This document shows, one piece after another, positions 57,676 to 64,000 of a DNA stretch of 64,000 nucleotides (positions are counted from its first letter, which is position 1; the number at the start of each line of letters is the position of its first letter). A program made the translations under genes and the position numbers. The notes under the pieces are model-generated. The model was not told the origin of the DNA, did no database searches, and worked only from the letters and a program-made list of their open reading frames with translations. Source of the stretch: a virus (taxonomy: Duplodnaviria; Caudoviricetes); the IMG/VR virus record IMGVR_UViG_3300027891_000004, positions 103,821 through 167,820 of that record. The stretch is one strand, 5' to 3'.

Positions 57676-58041
57676 TTAAGTTAGGCTATTCGTACCTCGA
57701 ATAACTCGTTTGCCGCCGCCGGTACTGGCGTACGGGTTTACATTGTTCTGTTCTTCGGGGTGGTCTTCATAAAGCCGCAATATCTCGTCGATTTCTTTTG
57801 TAATCTTTTTCAATGCGTAACCTCTTGGAAGCGTAGCAGCCGCATTATTTGCAAACGCAATAAGGCGTTCCATATCGGCTTCGTAATCCCCGTCGTAATG
57901 TTCCAACCGTCGGTTCAATTGCGTTTCGATATAGGACGCGCCTCGCCCGTATGCCTTTTCACTGCCCGTAGTAATCCGCCGGACAATTGTTACCAATTGG
58001 TCTCGCAATACATGGGCCGATACGGGTATTTCTTTCGACAT
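57676..58041 (-). CDS. Hypothetical protein
   Basis: ORF in operon context. Confidence 0.5.
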   Translation of the reverse strand: MSKEIPVSAHVLRDQLVTIVRRITTGSEKAYGRGASYIETQLNRRLEHYDGDYEADMERLIAFANNAAATLPRGYALKKITKEIDEILRLYEDHPEEQNNVNPYASTGGGKRVIRGTNSLT

Positions 58042-58053
58042 AGTTAAAATGTG

Positions 58054-58257
58054 TTATTGGAACGCGGCCATAGCAGAAACTGCGGACCGACCGCCCAGCC
58101 CGGCAATACTTGTCGGCTCCGACTCTACCGACGGGGCTTTCTTCGCCTCGTCACCTTCCTTTTTCTGCCGCCGCAGGTTTTCGTCGTTAAAAACGTCTAT
58201 CTCGGAAGGCATATCATCGTCGTCGAACCATACTTGGTTGTAATCGTGTCTAGGCAT
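58054..58257 (-). CDS. Small protein with VFN motif and C-terminal SAMAAFQ
   Basis: Shares its last 7 aa with 23084-23659. Confidence 0.6.
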   Translation of the reverse strand: MPRHDYNQVWFDDDDMPSEIDVFNDENLRRQKKEGDEAKKAPSVESEPTSIAGLGGRSAVSAMAAFQ

Positions 58258-58278
58258 ACAACAGTTAGTAGTTAGTAG

Positions 58279-59508
58279 TTAGTATTCTTCGGTTTGTTCG
58301 TTACTTTCGGTCGCGTTCAAAACCGAAGCGTTTTTCGAGGCGGCGTGTGCAGCTTGGATTTTATCACGCAATCGCTCGGCTTCTTTTTTGACCCGTTTGC
58401 ATCCTTCGGCATATTTTTGCCGGATAGCGTCAAGCACTTCACCCTCAACGCAACGATCAACGTCGGCAATGTCAAACATACCGAGTTTGTTGACCTCGGC
58501 GATCAGTGTCGTTATCATATCCTTCATTTGACGGACATTGATCTTTGTATCCAAAAATCTCTTTATGGGATCGTCAAACATTTGGACGATCATGTTGAGC
58601 ACCATCTTTAACGTCGTTTCGTTATGAAACGATTGCGACAATTCAAGGCAAGAATTAAAAAGATCAGGCAACGTTTGCGTTCGGGTCATAATATCGTTTA
58701 TTTCCCTAATCTGTTTCTCCCATAGTCGTCCGTCATAGGCACCCGCCAATACCTGATCGTTGAACGCGACAAGATTCGGGTCCGGTTTGAAGTTTTTTGA
58801 CCATTCGGATTCCACTTCCGGCTCTTCATCATTCGGGACCGTCTCCTCCTGCAACTTTGCTTTTCTCGTGGCTCGCTTAGACTCTTGCGTCTGTTTTGGC
58901 TTAAGCGATTCCGGGTCGGTTTTTACCAACTCGTCAACGCGGGCTCGCATCTCGGCGGACAACGCTTCGCCCGCCGCATCCGCCACGCTCAGCCCCGCCT
59001 TTTTGGGAACCCCTTTCTCGTCCTGCACTTGTTTAATGGCATTCTCAACCTGACTAATTGCAAGTTCGCCGCTTGCAATCTTCTGCCGCACTTCCTCGGT
59101 CGTAAATTCATTCACAAGAACGGCCCGGTCCAACGTCCGCTCGCCGACGCCGAATCGTTCCGCCACCTCTTTACGCGATATGTGTTTGCCCGCCTTGCGT
59201 GCGGCCTTATAATAGGCGGAACCCACATCCGCCCGCTGCGACGGCGTAAGTTGGCGACGGTACAAATTGCACCGCATTACATAATCAAGCGGGTCGTCCC
59301 CCTGGTACTCTCGAAAAACAGGCTCAACGCCAACCTTCAAACACGCCAGATAACGATTGCGGCCGTCGAGTATCTTCCCCTCGAACATAATAATGGGCTG
59401 ATCCTGGCCTTCATTTAGGATACTCTCGGCAAGTTCCGACTGCTCCTGATCCGAAGCGGGCGGAAATAACGAACAATACTCATGGAACTCAATTTGATTC
59501 TTTGCCAT
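58279..59508 (-). CDS. ParB-like protein with HTH
   Basis: ILDGRNRY.AC, NL.RRQLT.SQRA, SRKEVAERFGVGERT. Confidence 0.8.
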   Translation of the reverse strand: MAKNQIEFHEYCSLFPPASDQEQSELAESILNEGQDQPIIMFEGKILDGRNRYLACLKVGVEPVFREYQGDDPLDYVMRCNLYRRQLTPSQRADVGSAYYKAARKAGKHISRKEVAERFGVGERTLDRAVLVNEFTTEEVRQKIASGELAISQVENAIKQVQDEKGVPKKAGLSVADAAGEALSAEMRARVDELVKTDPESLKPKQTQESKRATRKAKLQEETVPNDEEPEVESEWSKNFKPDPNLVAFNDQVLAGAYDGRLWEKQIREINDIMTRTQTLPDLFNSCLELSQSFHNETTLKMVLNMIVQMFDDPIKRFLDTKINVRQMKDMITTLIAEVNKLGMFDIADVDRCVEGEVLDAIRQKYAEGCKRVKKEAERLRDKIQAAHAASKNASVLNATESNEQTEEY

Positions 59509-59581
59509 AGTTAGTTAGGGTTTGGATGGTTTCTTTGAAAACTGTTATTTTGTATGACGGGCGACCAACACAATACAACCT

Positions 59582-59905
59582 TTAATTTACAGAAAAACTC
59601 GAAATATCCTTTTCCCGTGTCAAACTGGCGCATTCCTTTTCAGTCAACGCATTCAGACCGCCGACGAAATAGAGATAGGCGTCAAGCGAGATCAGGTTCT
59701 CGCTTAGTTTTTCGGGGGCCCATCCGCTTAGCTTTGCCTTTTCTATCGTTTCTTTGATATATAACTGGTACAGTCCGGGGTGGACATCAAACGGCGGGAT
59801 CAATTTGTCGCGGAAAAGAAAATCAAAGACGGCGGACTTCTTACGACACCCGCCGCTCGCTCCTTTAGCGGCAACTTTTTTTGTGCTCTTTTTAATGGGA
59901 CTCAT
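59582..59905 (-). CDS. Hypothetical protein
   Basis: Start moved to MSPIKK. Confidence 0.4.
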   Translation of the reverse strand: MSPIKKSTKKVAAKGASGGCRKKSAVFDFLFRDKLIPPFDVHPGLYQLYIKETIEKAKLSGWAPEKLSENLISLDAYLYFVGGLNALTEKECASLTREKDISSFSVN

Positions 59906-59957
59906 TCGATTCTTTTGAAAACTATCGGAAAAATATGACGATGCCGAACGGGGCAAC

Positions 59958-60134
59958 TTATAGCAAACCAATCGTCAAGAACTCAAGTTCCGTATAGTAT
60001 ATTTCCTGCAAAATTTCATTTAGCCGTTCCAACGTGTCCGGTTGTTCGCAACAAACCGGCTCGTAAGGGTCCGGCTCGTAAGGGTCCGGCTCCTCATGTA
60101 TACAATCCAAATGTGCCCTGTAACTTCTGCTCAT
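59958..60134 (-). CDS. Small acidic protein (58 aa) with EPDPY repeat
   Basis: MSRSYRAHLDCIHEEPDPYEPDPYEP...; below the ORF-track cutoff. Confidence 0.4.
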   Translation of the reverse strand: MSRSYRAHLDCIHEEPDPYEPDPYEPVCCEQPDTLERLNEILQEIYYTELEFLTIGLL

Positions 60135-60254
60135 GTTTACAATTCAACGCAAGTCATTTCTATAGTATGCACAACAAAAAATAAAAATCAAGATGTCAAT
60201 TAAATTTTATTGATATTCGTGTTTTGGTTTATGCGAACCAAAACGCAAACATAG

Positions 60255-60280
60255 GTCATCCCGCCACGTGGCGGGATGAC
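60255..60280. repeat. 16-bp palindrome, perfect, extended to 26 bp
   Basis: GTCAT-CCCGCCACGTGGCGGG-ATGAC, intergenic. Confidence 0.9.
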
Positions 60281-60307
60281 GAACGCAACAAAGGCATGCC
60301 CGCCGTG

Positions 60308-61477
60308 TCATTCGGGGTCATTTTCTCCGAGGGTCATGGTTTGACCGCGCCTGCGTCGGCATTCGCCGTCGAACAGCTCCCAAACGGAATAAACGGCCGC
60401 GTACAAAACGCAAAGTGTTTCCCTACCCACGCCCTCGCATTGCTGCGCCCGGAACACGGAATGCCACGCCTTGTCCAATATCGCAAAATGCCGTCCGGAT
60501 TCATTCGCCGTTTTTGGCAGCAAGTCAAGCCCGACTTCCACAAGCTGAACGCCATCGGGAAGTAGGAGTCTAAAGAAGGACTGCAAACAGCTCGCGATAG
60601 CCAACGCACGTAAAGCCCACGCATCCAACACGGCTTCCTCGGCGGCATCGGGCCCGGAGTCGGCTATCTCCCGCCCAAATAAAAACAACTCCTCCAACAA
60701 CCAGGAACGCAGCGCACCCCATTGGCCGTCGAAATCCGTACTCTTTTTCGTACTCAACATCTTCGGAACATCGCCGTAGCAAACGGGCGGCGATACAAAG
60801 AACCGATGATCGAGCCTGTATATGGTTTTCGACAACGCATCCTTCGGCTCACGGCAACTACTCGGAATTTCAAACTTATAAACGCGCACTTCCCAACCGC
60901 AGGGGCACCCTTTCTCAGTACTCGGCGTACCGCCCTCTCTTTCGTCCGATGGTTCCGCGACATCTTCGCCGTTCGCCGGTTCTTGTTTAGGCTGCTTAGA
61001 CTCAGTAGTCTCCCCCGACGGCCCGCCCGTGGCGCAATCGCAGATGCCGCATTCACACGGGGTTTCAAAACGCGGTTCGGACCCTACAACGGCCCCTTCC
61101 GCTGTGGTGCCCGTGCCTACTTCGGTATCCAACTCCGGCGTATCTTCCGAAAAAAGTTCCTTACACAATATGTACAAATTCGGTTCAACCAAATCCGGAT
61201 ACCGCATCGCCGTCGCCTCTTGCAACTCTTTTTGTTGACTCCCGGAATAAAAACACAAACCACGCTGCAAAAACAGCCTCATACCAGTCATCGGATGGAA
61301 ACCGGCCACCTTCCATAGCCGGTAATCTTCCCACGGGATGCCCAACCATTTCGCATAATCCACGTCATCGAACGTGCGACCCGTCAGCGCACACAGCTGA
61401 TAGTAAAGCGTACGCCACGACGGAAGATTCAAAAACTCCAACGGGCACTCGCAAATCGTATCACGAAAATTTTTCAT
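60308..61477 (-). CDS. Hypothetical protein
   Basis: GGAGG RBS; long ORF. Confidence 0.6.
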   Translation of the reverse strand: MKNFRDTICECPLEFLNLPSWRTLYYQLCALTGRTFDDVDYAKWLGIPWEDYRLWKVAGFHPMTGMRLFLQRGLCFYSGSQQKELQEATAMRYPDLVEPNLYILCKELFSEDTPELDTEVGTGTTAEGAVVGSEPRFETPCECGICDCATGGPSGETTESKQPKQEPANGEDVAEPSDEREGGTPSTEKGCPCGWEVRVYKFEIPSSCREPKDALSKTIYRLDHRFFVSPPVCYGDVPKMLSTKKSTDFDGQWGALRSWLLEELFLFGREIADSGPDAAEEAVLDAWALRALAIASCLQSFFRLLLPDGVQLVEVGLDLLPKTANESGRHFAILDKAWHSVFRAQQCEGVGRETLCVLYAAVYSVWELFDGECRRRRGQTMTLGENDPE

Positions 61478-61871
61478 ACCACCTCCTCATACATTGTTAA
61501 AACAAAAAACCTAAACGCGCAACTATATGCTGGCGGGCTACTCAAATTTCAAAACATTGTTTACATATTTACGCAAACATGACTAAACCGGCTGCTCGCG
61601 CTCCGGAACATTGAAAAGACGCATCCAACCTACCACATGGCCCGCCCCCCATTCGTTCCGACACGCAACCTCGTAAACCACCTCCGGATCAGAACAAAAA
61701 AGCAACACAATAAAACCATCCGCACGACGCCAACCGCGCACACTACGGTACTCCAAACGCAACACGCCACCAGTAGAAATCGTCAAATCAACACCGTCCA
61801 AAGAAGAACGGAAAACGCTACATTTTACAGTATTCATAGTTACCAATAAAAAACCTGGCACGCCTTACAAA

Positions 61872-62285
61872 CTATCGCGGCTTCGCACAAAAATCCGTGC
61901 CTTCAACATGCTCCGAACTATCAAATGAGTCCAACCGTCCCTCGCACACCATCTCAACAAACGAATCAAACGGCATACCAACCTCCACCAATTCAACGCC
62001 GGTGCCCGTATCGTAACGGACCGCGCACACGCCCTCCGCACGACAACTCTCCGCACCAACAATCCGATCATATCGCATCAACATCCGACTGCGACGACCA
62101 TCCGACAATACAATCGGAACAACAAACCAACGATCAGCACTCTTCATAGTCGTATACATAACCGCTCCACAAAAAAAGTCGTTCCGTCGAAAACAAATCA
62201 GACGTATGGACGTCAAGGCCATCTTTCTCTCATAGCCACGTAAATATATGCAACTATCACGACAAATATCAAGAAAAAAACACAA
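61872..62285 (-). CDS. Hypothetical protein
   Basis: ORF in the strongly skewed region; start uncertain. Confidence 0.35.
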   Translation of the reverse strand: MCFFLDICRDSCIYLRGYERKMALTSIRLICFRRNDFFCGAVMYTTMKSADRWFVVPIVLSDGRRSRMLMRYDRIVGAESCRAEGVCAVRYDTGTGVELVEVGMPFDSFVEMVCEGRLDSFDSSEHVEGTDFCAKPR

Positions 62286-62866
62286 ACATTACAAGACAAA
62301 TCCAAAAAGGAAAACCAAAATTTGGAACTTAAGAAAGGTTTGTACATTTGTACAAATCCATTGAACGTCCAGAAATTGAACGTCCAGAATACGGATGCTC
62401 AAAAGACGGTTTAGCGGCCATTCCCAAAATACCTATAGAGAAACTCGAAAACACGAACGACAAGAAATAAAAACACTCAACGCAAAAGAAACATCAAAAA
62501 TACAATAAAAAACAAAATCGCAGTCAATGAAGCAGACAACCACAAAAACGCAGAATCGCCTCCCAACTGGCGAGCTGACGCTCCCGCACTATACGGCAAA
62601 CTATGATCCGAGGACGAAACCGACGACGGACGCCCAACCGACCATATTTCATAAGGTAATTACACTGAAATACCACCAAACGAATCGATTCCAAAACTCC
62701 GTGGCAACTCGCTCGCCGCCAGACAAATAGTAATACCACTGAGACATAATTACACCTCAAAAAAAGCATACGCAAAGAAAACAATATGCCACTAAAGCAT
62801 ACCGTAATTATAAGACACAATTACAAAAAAGAAAAATAAAAAAAAGAAGTTGACAATCCCTACAAC

Positions 62867-63235
62867 TCAACCGCGTAACTTACGCCACGGGTACACATCA
62901 CGTATATTATAGTAAAAATACTGACCATTACTGTCCGCGTCCAACAAATCTCGAAACTCGCCCTCCGGAACGCCACGATATTCAATCAAAACGCCATCCG
63001 TAAACTCCACCAATAACCGGCTACGATCACTATCGTAGCCCACAACGCCCAAATAACTACTCACCACAGGTATATCCGGCAATTCCCGCTTCTCCCCACC
63101 AGTACGACCTCCACCACGAAACCGATCCCATACGCCATTACGAACGCCGACATCCTCATAGCCAAACAACTCGTTACCCGTACGACAGCCTACCACACCA
63201 ATACCGCTCAACTCCCCAAAATCTCCTACTACCAC
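62867..63235 (-). CDS. KTSC-domain protein with N-terminal leader
   Basis: GGAGGT RBS + GTG; MVVGDFGELSGIG...GVRN; VVSSYL..VGYD....LLVEF..G..YRGVP...LLDADS.GQYF..NIR. Confidence 0.8.
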   Translation of the reverse strand: MVVGDFGELSGIGVVGCRTGNELFGYEDVGVRNGVWDRFRGGGRTGGEKRELPDIPVVSSYLGVVGYDSDRSRLLVEFTDGVLIEYRGVPEGEFRDLLDADSNGQYFYYNIRDVYPWRKLRG

Positions 63236-63275
63236 AGCACACCTCCATTTTCCAGTTTTACATATCTTACAAAAG

Positions 63276-63291
63276 CCCGCCACGTGGCGGG
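63276..63291. repeat. 16-bp palindrome, perfect
   Basis: CCCGCCACGTGGCGGG upstream of the KTSC gene. Confidence 0.9.
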
Positions 63292-64000
63292 ATCACGCTC
63301 TTTCCAGTACCCCCTCTCTCCTCTGAAAAACATTTCACGCATCGACCAATTTCCAGTACCCCCTCTTTCTGAAGAACCACGTATACGCATTCCCCACGCC
63401 TCTGCGGGTCGGTAACACGCCTGTGGTTTTTTGGTTATGAGTCGTCAAGTGTCGTTTTGTTTTTCATGTTGTATGTTTTATTTGGTTTGTGTTTTTGTCG
63501 CGTTGGGCGGGGTATGCGTTTTGTTTGTACGGGTTTTGATTATACCATAGGTTTTGTGTATTGTGTCGTTTGTTGCAGAAAAAAGTGAAAAAAAGATAAG
63601 AATATATTGTCGGGGCAGTATCTTTTCTCTGACGTTTGTGCTATGATACGAGCTATGCACATTGTGCGGTCTGTATGTCCTCGTTTGTATGGGTTATACG
63701 GAACAGGTTGGTATGCCGTATAGCGTGTTTTCATATTTTTGTTTGTGCGCTGGCTGTCAACAAGGCATACGGTGTTGGTGGCGATTGATCGGTGCGCAGT
63801 TGTTCGTAAAAGTATGTTGTAGTCCGATCATGTCTCTTATGTTCGGTCAGAAATGGCCGGAACACGGGGAAGATTGTGTTTTGGGGTGTTGTTTTTTACG
63901 TAAGGGTCGGCGTGCCCTATCTTTACGTAAATTGTGATCTTTTATTATCGGACGTGTAACATGGACTATTCTGGCGTGATGAATGTGAGCGGCGTCGGCG

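Noticed and set aside
60056-60093. 15-bp tandem repeat as a possible iteron or mini-CRISPR
   Set aside because: It encodes the in-frame EPDPY repeat of a small ORF; there are no spacers.
1-64000. CRISPR array, tRNA/rRNA genes, integrase, reverse transcriptase/DGR
   Set aside because: None recognised by eye; a tRNAscan or Infernal run would be needed to exclude RNA genes fully.
1-64000. Stop-codon reassignment
   Set aside because: Core genes are intact and densely packed in the standard code, with TAA, TAG and TGA all used as stops.

Overview
This window is part of a large tailed dsDNA phage genome, with almost all genes on the minus strand. The host is uncertain; planctomycete-like features are suggested. 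It carries a self-sufficient replication and recombination kit: primase, DnaB helicase, a split SPO1-type Pol A, clamp loader, two clamp-like genes, SSB, UvsY, two RecA paralogs, a split Rad50 plus Mre11, RuvC and a SNF2 helicase. It also has scattered head genes (TerS, TerL, portal, head morphogenesis, scaffold/core and decoration proteins), four inteins, and ParB, methylase and PLP genes. The main candidate new system is a dispersed set of at least 8 small genes sharing an N-terminal leader, (A)D-x-x-x-F-E-x-L or D/E-F-x-x-L-x-G, that ends in a [VIA]-x-N motif. The same motif is repeated about 17 times in the putative prohead core protein. The leader is grafted onto unrelated cargo domains, including a HigB/RelE toxin, a DUF4160 toxin and a KTSC domain. 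This looks like a capsid-targeting, protease-activated system for injecting proteins, including toxin-antitoxin (TA) toxins, analogous but not homologous to T4 internal proteins. A second signal is a 16-bp palindrome, CCCGCCACGTGGCGGG, with a parS-like core, found 8 times across coding and non-coding DNA. All family assignments are by motif recognition only; no searches were run.
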